NCBI GenBank assembly: GCA_951406725.2
Contig: OX597816.1
Span: 114,080,001-114,144,000 of the forward strand
Direction of reading: 5' to 3'
Length of the DNA: 64,000 nt
Origin: Octopus vulgaris
Taxonomy: Eukaryota
Shown here: positions 1 through 12,330 of the stretch, piece after piece
How positions within the stretch are numbered: the first letter of the stretch is position 1
Layout of the letters: each line of letters begins with the position of its first letter
Made by a program: the position numbers and the translations under genes
The notes under the pieces: generated by a model
Database searches by the model: none
What the model was told of the DNA's origin: nothing
The model's input: only the letters and a program-made list of their open reading frames with translations

Positions 1-3000
1 CTTCCAATAAATGCAACTCCTGGTCGTTACTGCACATGTTTGTTGAATATTTTCAAAGTATTTTTACCAAAGTATTCTTTTAAATACTCTGTCACTGAAT
101 ACTTTGTTAATGAAGAATCAATAAACAAACCTTTTGGAGCTTACTCAATCTGTTCGAGACAGCAGTCAGCTTGCCTGAAAATCACATCCTACCATTTTAA
201 AAAACTGATGTATAAGGTAAAGTACTCTGGAGGACAATATGCCTCAAAAGAAAAAACTAAAGAAAAAAAAAACCAATGCCTTTCATATGTTTGCTCAGTC
301 AAAGCTGTTCCGGGGTCAAATGAGTTACTGTTTTATATCAAGTAGCTATGGGCTTGTACCTTTCCATGTACAGGCAATGTGTATATGTGTCAACTGGATA
401 ACAAAAAGTTTTAAGCCTCAGCTGCAAAGATAAATTGTATATAGTTTGTTAACTTAATAGCAATATTTTGATTTTAATGTAAATATAGTTTTCCCAAAAG
501 CTTACAACTAAAAAGTTATTTTACAGTTGATACAATCTTAACAGGTGGAGCCACTGTCACAGATAATTTTGCTTGACAGTGTTATACTTAAAAGCGTGTG
601 TAGGTGGCGTTTCTTCAGTGACGTCCAAGAAGCTTCATACTGCAAGTAACAATAAAGGGGATAACTACTTAAGAATACAACTTGTATTAGTGTGATGAAG
701 AGGGAACTTTAGAATCTTGCCAATATCAAATACACAAAATGAGTGTGTGCATGAGAAAGGGGACAGAGAGAGAAAAAGAGGGAGAAAGAGAGAAATTTGT
801 GTTCATAATATCAGGATATACAAATTCTTATATATCTTGATATCACAGTTATATTGGTATTCAATACATAATACAAAGAATGATTAATCAGGTGAGAGAG
901 AAAAGCTAAGAAGCTCCGTTTTTCTCTTATTCACAGCACGATGGAACCTCCTCCTCTAACATTCAAATAAATAAGTAAACATGATAAATTGTAGCTTGAA
1001 GGAAATGTGTTTTATTATTAAAGTTGATTTGCCATCAATTTAGAAGTAAAATCTGTGAACATGATTCACTTTCTCCTCTTTTTAATCAATATGTTTTAGT
1101 CTAACTTTGTCTCCATATTGATTGATCTGATAGATATGCTTTCGTATGTTTTCAGTTAATGGCTTGTTGTCAAGATCATACTTTGTTTGGAAACAATTCT
1201 GAATCTATAATAACTTGCTTGTATTGGATGTCTTAATAAACAAAAAGAAACATGTCCATAATTAAAGTAGAAAATTATTTTCTTTTATGCCTTTCTATAA
1301 ATTATGCTGCATTCCTTACAGATTCAATAATAGAAAATAAATTTTCTCAACACTAAAATATTTGTTTTAAAAAACACTCAAAAAGCTTTTCTGTAGTCAG
1401 GAGGTTGATGCGAGTTTAATTTCCTATATTTTTCACTATAACAAATGTATATTTTAAATGGAAGTAACAATTATGGTTTCTTCTTCTTGAAGTACTTGTA
1501 CAGCTGATGTAAAATATATATTCTGGATGTGACTAAGAATCTGCAAATAATATCAAATTAGATTTAAGAGAAATGCCCTTCAGAAGTGAGGGGACACAGA
1601 AATTCTTTAATATTCCAAACAAAACTATTTTATAAGAATTTCATATGTATGCTGTGATTCTTGGTAAAAATTTGAGAAAAGGGATATTAAAATTTCGTCT
1701 ATGTGATATTTAGATATTTCTTGGATTAAAAGTAATTGCTCTGTATTATTTCTGATAGTTTAGTTACATTAAAATGCAGAAAATTGTACTGCTCATTTTT
1801 TCAGAAAAATTTTGATGATTAATAAAGCCAAGAGAAGGAACATGATACTGTTAAAAATGAATTCCTTTAAACAAACATTCTGTAAATTACATGACTTACA
1901 TTTACAAAATCTGGTGCATAAATTAAGTGTGTGAGATAGGAAGACAGAACAAAATAAAAAAATGATGCAGTTTTGGAGAAAAAAATTTAATTCCTAGAAT
2001 AATTAACTTATCATTAAATGTTCTGAACAGTACAGCTAAATGTTACTTTGATAATATATTTGTTACAATAATCAAAACCTAATGATAGGGCAGTTTGTAC
2101 TGAATGTAGTTAAAAATGGATAAGCTCTACTGATTCCTATTAGTAGTATTAAGTTATTGAGAGTTAAAAAAAAAACAAAGCAAAACAATTATTGTAAAAA
2201 ATAAAATTACTCACCATTAAATCAATTAGTTAGCATCAATAAAATTTATTGAGAAGTAGTGTGTTAATCACAGTTAGAAGCTAAGAAGCATCAGAATACA
2301 GAAATTTCTGATAAAGTGACACTCACTGGGTACTCATAATCTACATTAAGATTAGTTGTTCAAATTCTTGTTCAAATGTGGTTTTTCATCAAATCTATGT
2401 AATCTATTCTGAGTATTTTTTTTTTTTTTGAAGTTAAGCATGACATCTTTGTTATAAACTTCTTTACTATGAGTAAGAATTTATTCTTTAACATCATTTT
2501 GATTGGTTTGCACTGATAAGGTTATAAAAATGCTTCCCAATAAAGAAATATATCAATGAGTTTGAAAGAATTCTCTTTAAATAAATGAGAAATATTCTGT
2601 CTAAATTGTTGCAGTTGTGGTAGAAAGGAACTTTTAAAAGGGTACAAGTTAAAAAAAAAACACAAGCAACACAACACACATTTTCTCAATCTGTCTTTCT
2701 TGGAATTAAGAAATGTGAGAAAATGTAACAAGTGGCTTTAAGTACTCGAACAGTGACTTAAAAGTGCACAGTTTGTTATATTTGTGATAGAAGGGACAGC
2801 AAAAAATAAAATAGTTCAGTAGCTAATAGTGCTAAAGCAGTGGGAATTAAGGGTTTACTGATCTGGTAGCTAATTTTATTTTTAGCAGTGCATGTGTGTG
2901 TACATTAGTGTAGTAGGGACTCCATCCTATAACAAATTTGTATGCTCTACTGTGTGAGAAGCTGTTGGTAACTGAATATTTTCTACTAATTAAGCTATAA

Positions 3001-3189
3001 TTGGAATCATAATACCAGTTATTGTTGTACAATAACAGTATATGGAACTCGTGAAACATTAAAAAAGGCATTCATAGGGAATGGAAAGCATTTTTTAAAA
3101 TATTTGTTTTGATTGAAGAAAGAGCCAATGTCCATTCTCCTTCACAGACCCAATGAGATTAGTGAAATAGACTTGACTAATGATTATCA

Positions 3190-3690
3190 TGAATAGTTGT
3201 AGGTTGATGGCTGCAGGAAAAATATGTTCAGGAAGGAATTATAAAGAACCAGCATTTTGGGAAGGAATGACTGAAAGTAGCAGTAAAAGTGGGGTCAAGG
3301 AGTAGACACAGGCTGAGTGATGAGAGGTGAAAAGACGAATGAACCTGATGTATCTGAAGCCAGTCATTCCCAAATGAGCAGAGGTCACTGCTGAATCAGT
3401 ATAAAAAGCAGAGAGAAGCAGCTTCATTTCAGTGAAGATGGCCTTTCTTTGGATGTCATCTAAGATGTTTGTATGTGCAGCAGCACTGTCTCAGATATGG
3501 GAGCAGTACTTGTGCATCTTAAATAAACTTTGTAGAGGGTTAATACAAGTTAGAATGGAATGTGTGAAGTATTTTCTGGTTCTGAAGATGAAGGCCAGTC
3601 TTTGTGATTTAGTTTTTGCTATGATAGCATGGCAAATCTTTTGGTATTTATTGATTATGTGTAGGGAACATCAGTGAATACAGGAATAAG
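3190..3690 (-). mobile_element. Degenerate CR1/L2/Jockey-group LINE fragment (region downstream of the RT domain)
   Basis: Minus-strand translation gives LAFIFRTRKYFT...TLYK...YCSHI*DSAAAHTNILDDIQRKAI, matching the LEYCSHxW...LDxIQRxAxR motif. Contains stops and frameshifts; boundaries approximate. Confidence 0.7.
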
Positions 3691-4489
3691 AAACCTTTCT
3701 TCTTTCATTAATTAAAAAGTTAGATTGATAGTATTAAACATTACAAAATTCTTAGCTTTCATTTGAAAATGCTTCTTCACAAAGGACTCCTGGTATTGTC
3801 TGTGAATATAATGTTGGATGTAAAGGGCGTTAAAAAATTGAGAATTACAAATTATTGTGATTTTATATCTCCTTTATCTAGTGCATAAGCAACTATTGTA
3901 TGATCAATTGCTTTTAGAATTAAAAATTATCATTATTTGAGCAAATTTCTAATACTTAAATCCTCTTTGTTGGGAGATACTCTACTCTTATAGTAGTGCT
4001 CCATTCCTTCTTACCAAGTATTCAAAGTCATCTATTTACCATATAACTTTACCATCATGTAGTGTGTAAGAGAGAAGACTGCATTGTTATGGGTGTGTAA
4101 TGCATGACTTGTGGTAGCTATATAAAGTGTTGATCACTTTACGTAGATGAGATTTGCTAGAGAGGGAGTCCAGAAAAACTTGATACAAAATAGTGAAGGC
4201 TGAACTCAGAATTTCGAGCTTCATGAAGATGATGACAAAAGATTGAGATGATTGATTATACACAGTGCTTGAGAAAATCCACCCATCATGGTGAAACTGA
4301 GGCTCTAGAAGCATAATGCGTATATACACAACTATCCAGTTTGTTCCTATCAAACCTTCTCCACCTCTTGCCTTCTTATCAATTTCCTAACTACTGCAGT
4401 ATTCTGTTGCTGTATGTAATTAAATAAAAGCAGAACAACATATTTCATGAACCTTTTCTGTGTTTTCAGTTACTTTTCTCCCACTTTCT

Positions 4490-5930
4490 TTTGACATTCA
4501 TCCCTCATGCTTAACATTACCCATCCCCACTTGCATCTTCCATTGATCCCCCTTTTTCTCTGTGCTGCCAATTATCTCTCCCTCTTCTCTGAACCACTTC
4601 CTATCGACTCACTACTATGTAACTCTGATCACCTCCACTTATATTCCTATACATCTCTTACACTTCACACCAATTTTTGCAACCTTTACCCACTCACCCA
4701 TCATCTATCATCTAGCCTTCTCCAATTTATTGCATTATTATTATTATTTCTCTTTATCACAGGTTTAGTTGGAGCTCCTGGAGTCTTACATGTGTAGTGG
4801 GCTTGCTACCTGCAGCCTACGGTACCATGCTATCCCTTCTTTTCAGCTATCTAATACTTTCCTGATTATTCTAGCTGTGCCAAGGAGGCAAACCTTTTGT
4901 AACATTTCTACTGGGCACTCTATTCCAATTTCCTCTATATTCCCCTTGATGCCTTCTGATACTATTCCCAAGGACCCAACAATAATTGGCACTATCTTCA
5001 CCTTCTTCATTTTCCATAGCTGGGCTATTTTGTACTTAAGAGGGTTGTATTTATCTATCTTTTTGCCTTCCTCTTTGACTATTTATGGGTCAAAGAGGCA
5101 TGCAACATCAACTATATAGCAAATGCAGTGCACCTTCTCCACCACCACTAGATTCGGTCTCTTATGCTCTAGCACCTGATCTGTTTGGATTAGGAAATCC
5201 CAGAGGATTTTGCTGGTCTCCAACTCTGTCGCTCTCTGCTGTTTGTGCCCATACCATGTCTTGCCTCTCACTAGCCCCCACTTTTCACACAGTTTTTAAT
5301 GTAGCACTTTCACTACCTGATTGTGTCACCACAACTTGTGGTGGTTTTGGGCAAGTCTAGAGCACTCGTTTGTGATATGGGCAATGGTTTCATCCTCTTT
5401 ATTGCTGATGCAGCACAGCGGAGACACTTGCTCATTCCTAAGGTTGACCCTCCAGTTCATGCATTATTATTATTATTATTATTATACTCATAATTCTTTA
5501 AATGCTGCCAGTCATCACTGCCTTTCATCTGAACTGCTTGTATTGATGTTCATATCTCATTCTTATCACCTCCTCTTCAATTCATATTTACTATTGATCA
5601 TCCCTCCAACCCTTGTTTCCCACTCTCTACATTCACCTCTACCCCCATCTCTAATCACACCTCATTCTTCTCACCACACATTTGCACCCTCTATGCACTC
5701 TCCCATCCTGAGCTTCTATCTCAGCATCCTCTTCTATTCGTCTTCTCAAACCTTGAGAGTTATACCTTAACACTTCATCATCATCTTTATCTCTCTATCC
5801 AGCTCCATCCTAATTACTCTCACCTCTATATAATGAGAAGTATCTATGTATCTCCTTTACAACAAGTAATCTGTTTCTGTCCCCTTTTTCATATTTAAAC
5901 CTCTCATCACCTTGCATAAAACTGCTTCTA
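4490..5930. repeat. Old CT-rich (ctctcatcacc-like) degenerate repeat hosting the Dong insertion; a similar GA-rich tract lies at about 58590-59165 on the other strand
   Basis: Strong pyrimidine strand bias with recurring tcacc/ctatc words on both sides of the LINE. Confidence 0.4.
4749..5459 (-). mobile_element. 5'-truncated R4/Dong-clade non-LTR retrotransposon (CCHC knuckle plus restriction-like endonuclease C-terminus)
   Basis: SPLCCISNKEDETIAHITNECSRLAQ...KILWDFLIQTDQVLEHKRPNLVVVEK...IVDVACLFD...KIDKY...WKMKKVKIVPIIVGSLG...LQKVCLLGTARIIRKVL, with in-frame stops. Flanked by the direct repeat tgcattattattattatt (4731-4748, 5460-5477). Confidence 0.88.
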
Positions 5931-5984
5931 ATCTCTGTTATATTCCTACTCAGTCAAGGGAGCTCTTTAGCCTTCTGGATTACA

Positions 5985-6240
5985 AGATTTCACTCGTGCT
6001 GGTACTACAAAAATGGCACCCTTTAAACCGTGTAAAGTGATTGGCTTTAAGAAACACATCCAACCATAGAAATCATGCCAAAGGACACCTTTCAGCACTA
6101 TGTGGCCCTTGTCTTGTTGGATCATGTTGAATGGTGGTACTCCACCATGGCCACAGCTCTTGAGCAGAAACTAGTAGAAAAAACTGTCAAACCATGCAAA
6201 GAACATGGACTTTGAATGATGGCAATGACAATGATGATAT
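5985..6240 (+). mobile_element. Degenerate SINE 3' part (family C, (GAT)n tail)
   Basis: gtaaagtgattggctttaagaaacacatccaaccatagaaa resembles the reverse complement of 49885-49924, and the segment ends in gatggcaatgacaatgatgat. Confidence 0.6.
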
Positions 6241-7744
6241 TTCCTTTGAAATGAATTTTTTTTTATATGATTTTAATATTTATGTGATGAACCCTTGTAA
6301 GATGGCATGCTAAGTAGATTTAGGTTATATTTACAGACGGAACCTAAAATTATATATTGCTCTGATAGTGATTATGTTTGTTGCTTGTAAAATTTGTCTT
6401 TTGAAGAAATGGTTATCATTGTGATTCTAGCTGTGATATTTAGATTAAACTTCATATGTGAACTATTGTTTTGTAAATGTTTGTTTGAAATATATTATAT
6501 TTAACTTCAAATCAACATTGACAACAAATTAGTTAAATAATGATTGTCAAAATTTATAATAATAAAAAATGTATTGAAAATAAAATAAAATGTTTGTGTT
6601 GATGCTGGAACATCCCAGTAAGTGCAATGTTAAGCTCGGCCGAATATTACGACTGACAAAATGGAGGGAAGATATTTTGCAAGATTTGAATATATTGATA
6701 TATTTATGCAATTGATGGTAATGTATTTTTGAATATGGAAAAATATGGATGTTTGTACTTAGGTTGAAGCAAAAGGAAATCTTCTTCTTTAATAACTGAC
6801 TACATCTTTGAAGCCATTGAAAAATGAGAAGATTTTGATGCAATCATTTATAAGTATTCAAAGTCCTCCACTTCTGCTGCAGGCAAAAAAGCTAACATCA
6901 TTTTGAAGTAATCAACATTAACAGTGATTAACAAAACAAATGGAAAACAAAAGAAATATCTTTCTGATGTTCTAGAAGACTAGATCACACTTTAAATCAG
7001 CTAACATCATTGGCAGTGGGGAGAGGAGCTTAGTTCACCAAGTCAGATTTTTACTGAAATGTGCAAAGATAAGCAACAAAATTAGTTGCAGCTTTAAAGA
7101 ACTCTGACATATGAGACAATTATTGAAGGGAGATATATGTCTATAAGATGGTAAACAAGTTTAGTGGGTTTTGACAAAGACTCACTAAGACTCAAAGACG
7201 AACATATAATTGGAAATTGTATCAGTCATCAATAATAGACCATTCACATGAATTCTTTTAAGTAGTGATACGACAATAAAGCAAGCCAGCAAACCTTCCC
7301 AAATAGAATCCATGTGAAATGAAAATGATTGTATTAGAACAAATCATATTAGAACCTTTAGATAATTAAGTGCTGTGAGATCTAACCATATTGGAGTTGT
7401 ACCTTGCAAATCGTTTTTGCTTTGTTTTCTTTAATATTTGCATTGTAGCTCTAAACTGTCATCAGTTGCTACAGATTGTATTGTTATAACTGGCTGAAAA
7501 TGTTTCTTCTGCAATATGAGAGAGAAATTTAACCCAGTTCCTGATTTCTTTAGATAATGAATTAAGGAGTCCCCTTCAGGTGAAAATGGTGACATTGACT
7601 GTCACCAGTATTCTCAGGTTTTCTGATTTATTTAATGGTGTATTTCAAAATTTAGTAATTTACAATCCAGAATTTCCCAAAATTGTAGACCTTGGTGCAT
7701 TTGTTTCTTCTGTCTTCATTTCATTCCCTAAAGATATTCGAAGT

Positions 7745-8053
7745 AATTTATTTCTTTTATCTTTTATTCTTTTACTTTATTTGTTTCATTCATTTGACAG
7801 CAGCCATGCTGGGGCACTGCCTTGAAGGGTTTTAGTAGAATAAATCGACCCTAGGACTTTTTAAAGTCTAGTACTTATTCTATTCATTTCTTTTGCAGAA
7901 CCAATGAGTTATGGGGATGTAAACACACCAACATCAGTTGTCAAGTGGTGGTGGGAACAAACAAAGACACTTACACACACACATACGTGTACGACAGGCT
8001 TCTTCCAATTCCCTGATAACCAAAACCATTTAGAAGGCTTTGCTTGGCCTGAG
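7745..8053 (-). mobile_element. tRNA/CORE-type SINE (family B), 3' portion, interrupted at 8053
   Basis: (CA)n followed by cgacaggcttcttcc...aaggctttgcttggcctgag, which aligns to 60061-60122. Confidence 0.75.
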
Positions 8054-8550
8054 TAGATTAAACTTCATGTGTGAACAATTGTTTTGTAAATGTTTGTTTG
8101 AAATATATTATATTTAACTTTAAATTAATATTGACAACAAATTAGTTAAATAACGATTGTCAATATAACCTAAATCTACTTAGCATGCCATCTTCCAAAG
8201 GTTCATCACATAAATATTAAAATCATATAAAAAAAAATTCATTTCAAAAGAAATATCATCATTGTCATTGCCAACATTTAAAGTCCATGTTCTTTGCATG
8301 GTTTGACAGTTTTCCTACTAGTTTCTGCTCAAGAGCTGTGACCATGGTGGAGTATGAACATGATCCATCAAGACAAGGGCTACATTGTACTGAAAGGTTT
8401 CCTTTGGCATGATTTCTATGGTTGGATGTGTTCCTTAAAGCCAATCACTTTACATGGTTTAGTGGGTGCCGTTTTTGTAGTATCAGCACTCGTGAAATCT
8501 TGTAATCCAGAAGAGCTCCCTTGACTGAGTAGAAATATAACAGAGACTAG
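8054..8550. repeat. Local duplication: direct copy of 6441-6550 (8054-8163) fused to an inverted copy of 5928-6331 (8162-8550)
   Basis: Aligned by eye base by base. 2-nt 'aa' overlap at the junction; two small deletions in the inverted copy. Confidence 0.95.
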
Positions 8551-8658
8551 CTTAATGTGACCCGCTCTATGCTCGAGTGAGGGTGTGGTTGTTCCCATCC
8601 CAAAATGAGACAAATAACCAAGAAATCAAACAACTTTTTCACATTTCAGCTTTATAGA
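8547..8658 (-). mobile_element. Short non-autonomous Helitron-like element
   Basis: Minus strand starts A|TCTATAAAGCTGAAATG and ends in a GC-rich imperfect hairpin (actcgagcatagagcgggt) about 10 nt before CTAG|T. This fits the 5'-TC...hairpin...CTRR-3' at A|T signature. Confidence 0.55.
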
Positions 8659-8794
8659 TATATATTGTATATATATGATTATCTATATACACATATATAT
8701 ATATATGTATACACATTATATATATATATATTTATACACACACACACATATATATATAAATTAACACAATATATCTGATTAATAATATCTTAAT

Positions 8795-8868
8795 CAAGGT
8801 GTCACATAGTGGGATTGAACCAACAACCATGTGGTTGGGAAGCAATTTCTTACCACACAGCCGTGCCA
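8795..8868 (-). mobile_element. 5' tRNA-like head of the family B SINE interrupted at 8053
   Basis: caaggtgtcacatagtgggattgaaccaacaaccatgtggttgggaagc...cttaccacacagcc aligns to 60147-60215. Confidence 0.8.
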
Positions 8869-8999
8869 TTAGGATTTTTATTTATGATATTTACCCAGAA
8901 ATAACATTGCTTTAGTGCTATGAATAGTAATTCATATGGTTCAGAACTGGTGTTTTACATAATTTCTGTATAACTGCAGAGAAGTTTCACATTTGATAT

Positions 9000-9620
9000 G
9001 TGTCCTCAGGAGGAATTATTAATGGACATTGTGATGTTTTTGCCCCGGTCTGATTTTCTGTTCAGGATTGGTTCTTAGCTTGCAGCTAACTCATTGAAAA
9101 CTTCCTGTAGTGCATAGCATAGAATTCACTGTACTTTATGAATATCATTTATTGCTTTTGTCCCAAGTGATATATTAGAATCAATATCACCTGCATAACT
9201 GAAAACTTTGGTGTACTGAATCCACTTCTATTAAATCTGATCTGAAATTATAGTATTTTCTGGAATGCAAGTCAATGTAGTATACAGTGTAAATATTCAA
9301 ACATCCTGTTGCATTTCATGTGGAATTTTTGGTCCTCCAAAGTCATCTTGGTGTTAACCTACCTTTTTTGTCTGTAAATTTTGATCCCAAAAGTTGAATT
9401 TGCATGCCAGAAAATACCATATATTGATCAATAAGAGAAGTTGCAGAAAGGTATCATCTGGAACTCTGCTGCAAGAGATTTTGTTAATAATATGCTGATA
9501 GCTGCAATTATTTGATGCCTAATTTCCATGAAATTAATAAACCAGACTACCAAGCTGATCTGAAATACCAAGCTGTACCTTCATAGCATAAAATTTAAAG
9601 TGTAGTTAAAAGCAATGAAT
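9000..9620 (-). mobile_element. Possible very old DNA-transposon (hAT-like) remnant
   Basis: Only fragmentary peptides (such as LCYALQEV and an NTR[W/*]-like stretch) reminiscent of hAT transposases; heavily decayed. Confidence 0.25.
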
Positions 9621-10022
9621 ATTCATGTTATTAAATCAAAGACAACAAGCCAATTGAGGAATAGAATTGATATTAGACCCATAAATTTGAAGCATTCTTG
9701 TAATATATATGATGTGTTGGCATTTGTAGACTGATTTGGTGATCAATTATTAAAACTACATAGAACTGTAAAGAGTGAAAGTTCTAATGATTTTCTTTGT
9801 CTGCCAAATATTTTGTTGAAGAGAAACTAAAATTTCATCAGGCATTTGTACTTTCATGTTTTTGAATTGCCTTAATTGCACATACTTCAAAATACAGTAA
9901 AGTGTAATTAAGAAAAGAAAAACTACAGGAACTTAATTTACCTTTAACAAAATCAGTATTATTTCAATTAGAAACTTTTATTATTTCTACATTGTTTCAA
10001 ATACAGAGTACATTCTATCATT

Positions 10023-10059
<37 letters not shown>

Positions 10060-10484
10060 TAACTGAATAAATAATTGCTATATATATATATATACATTTT
10101 TCTACTTGCTTAATCCAGAGAAAGGGTAAGTACTCATGACCTTTGCAAGCCCTCTGAGACTAGTGAGTATGATGTTATATCAGAAATATGAGCCTAGATA
10201 TTGCTATTACCCATTGCTGTTAAGATAATTTTTCAGACTATTAACATCTCATATTCAGAGAAGGAACATTAAAAAAAAAATTACTTCTTCAGAATGTTAT
10301 GATTGCTATGATGAGTGAGTACATAGTTCTAGATAGTTTAGAAATAGGAACCTTAATTTCTAATCTAGACACAGTAATGCTCTTGCATGTTTAGAGGTCT
10401 AGTATAAAAGAATGCTGTTATCCTCGGTTGTCAAATAAGTTTCTAGTTTAAATACAGTTTGGAATTATCTACACATTCTGGATT

Positions 10485-10538
10485 AAAATACCTGATGATG
10501 ATTGGAGACTGATCAAAACAGCATAGATGTAGATATTT
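10485..10538 (+). ncRNA. Type I hammerhead-ribozyme-like motif, probably inactivated (G12 to A)
   Basis: aaatac-CTGATGA-t-GATT ggagact GATC-AAAA-CA gcataga TG-TA-gatattt. Stems I, II and III can form and a GUA cleavage triplet is present, but GAAA reads AAAA. Confidence 0.55.
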
Positions 10539-11320
10539 AAAAAAAATGCTTCATCTTTATAAATTAGGTTAATTGTCTGAAAAATTATTATTTTATTGAC
10601 AAAAAGAAAAACTCATATCAAACATTTAACAGTTATTAATGTATTATTTTGTTCTTTTTACTTGGAAAACAGATTTTAGCTGAGATTCTAAGCTGCAAAA
10701 GACATTATTGTAACTTGTAAAGTCACTCTGGTCATTTAAATACATAAATTATTGTATTTAGTTCTTTTTCGAATTTCTAATAGTTACATGCACCAAATTG
10801 TGTTCTCTTTTTTTCATTATACATCAACGATCTATTCACTAACACTTTATATACTCATGTTTGTCTTTTTCTTTTGAAAGTGAGAGCATATGATCAAAGA
10901 GAATGGAAGGAAAGAGTTCTGTTTAGGATTGTATGGAGTTAGATGTGATGAAATCAATGATGTAAAATATATGATGATGATCAAAGATTTTCATGTTCAC
11001 ATAAATATTTGTGTTTCTACTAATTGGTGCATCTGATACTATTTAATCTACTAATACTAAAATAGTTGGGTTAAACAGAGCAATGCCTCAAAACAGTGCA
11101 ACCATCTCTTTGTGACAGAAAAGCCATCTTAGTGGTGCATAATAGCAGTGATTTGATGGTTTGGTATTATTAATGTCTCACCACATTACAAAAAACAATA
11201 TACATTAGATCACCATTTTTTGGCATCCTTAGTTCCAAACTCATGCTGGACTTTTCATTTCAGTGGACTGGAAGAGACGGGATAATAGTAAAGTTTAGTA
11301 AACTTCTAGAAGACTACTAC

Positions 11321-11583
11321 CATGTTAGAAATATTACTGTTTCTAAGTCTCTCAAAAGGAGACTACGGCAGTAGTACTGGATATTAATAGTTATCGCCAA
11401 GCTAATATGGCAGTCCATAAATATATGATGAAAGCTGCCATTGATTAGCTCCAAGAATATAGGATGAAAGCTGGGACGAAAGCTGAGGTGTTGGCCTCTT
11501 GGAGCTAATCAACGGCAGCTTTCGTCCTATATTTATGGACTGCCATATTACCTTGGTGATAACTATTAATATCTACTAACATG
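11321..11583. mobile_element. Palindromic MITE/fold-back element
   Basis: 77-bp inverted arms at 11380-11456 and 11497-11573 with 5 mismatches. Short outer inverted repeat catgttag (11321-11328) / ctaacatg (11576-11583). Confidence 0.75.
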
Positions 11584-12169
11584 TTAACATTTTGGCAACT
11601 AAACAATATCAACATCTTTGTTTATTTGTTATCATGAAGGTGGAAACATTATTCCAGCCATTCAACTATAGTGCAAGACATTAAATTTTGCTTATGAAAT
11701 ATTTGCACCTTCATATTACTATAATAATATGAAGTTTCAAATATTTCAGAAACAAAATCTAAAGCCTTGCTCTAACTTCCTAACTACTGAGCCTTCAGAG
11801 GGACCTCCCTTGAAATATAACTGTAAGGGCTTATATTTGCCTTTTCCTCTTTCATTCCTCTACATTTCTTGTAGTGGAGGTGAGTTATGCATTAACTTAT
11901 TCTTCTCAGAAAGTACGTGTTTAGGGATTTAATATGTGGTACTAGATTTAGATTTAAACTTTTGCATCATTATAATAGTCAAGTGTAGGATGTTTTGACC
12001 TTCAAGATATGTTACTAGTGAATAAACAAATGTGTCGTGAAGGATTGGTATTGAAATGTTATTAATAATAGTCAGAGGAAATGTAAATGTCCTCACATGA
12101 TTATGTTCAGATTAAAAGAGGTATCTGATCATCTGTTGGAAACTTGCTGTTGTACCTGCATTAATATTT

Positions 12170-12330
12170 GAAGGCAGATTTAGTTCTATTCAAGTCCAGA
12201 TTCCATTGGAGTTGATCTTGTTTTCCATCCATCAAAAATTGATACAAAAAGTACGAATTGAGTTGATATGATTGACTGGCCTGTACTCTGGGGTGTGTGG
12301 TCTAATGCCTGTCTCAAAAATCAGTAATTA
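12170..12330 (+). mobile_element. Old degenerate family A SINE
   Basis: agtccagattccattggagttgatcttgttttccatcc...ttgatacaaaaagtac resembles the family A core. Confidence 0.5.

Noticed and set aside
1-345. Open frame from the window start, plus a possible 30-nt minus-strand exon at about 145-174
   Set aside because: No recognisable protein similarity and no partner exons; compatible with chance.
595-650. Hammerhead-like ...gaagcttc...gaagaaacg on the minus strand
   Set aside because: No CUGANGA in the correct position and no stem I.
9790-9850. CTGATGA on the minus strand (also at about 7459 and 16231) and a degenerate motif at 60905-60945
   Set aside because: No convincing stem II plus GAAA plus UH arrangement.
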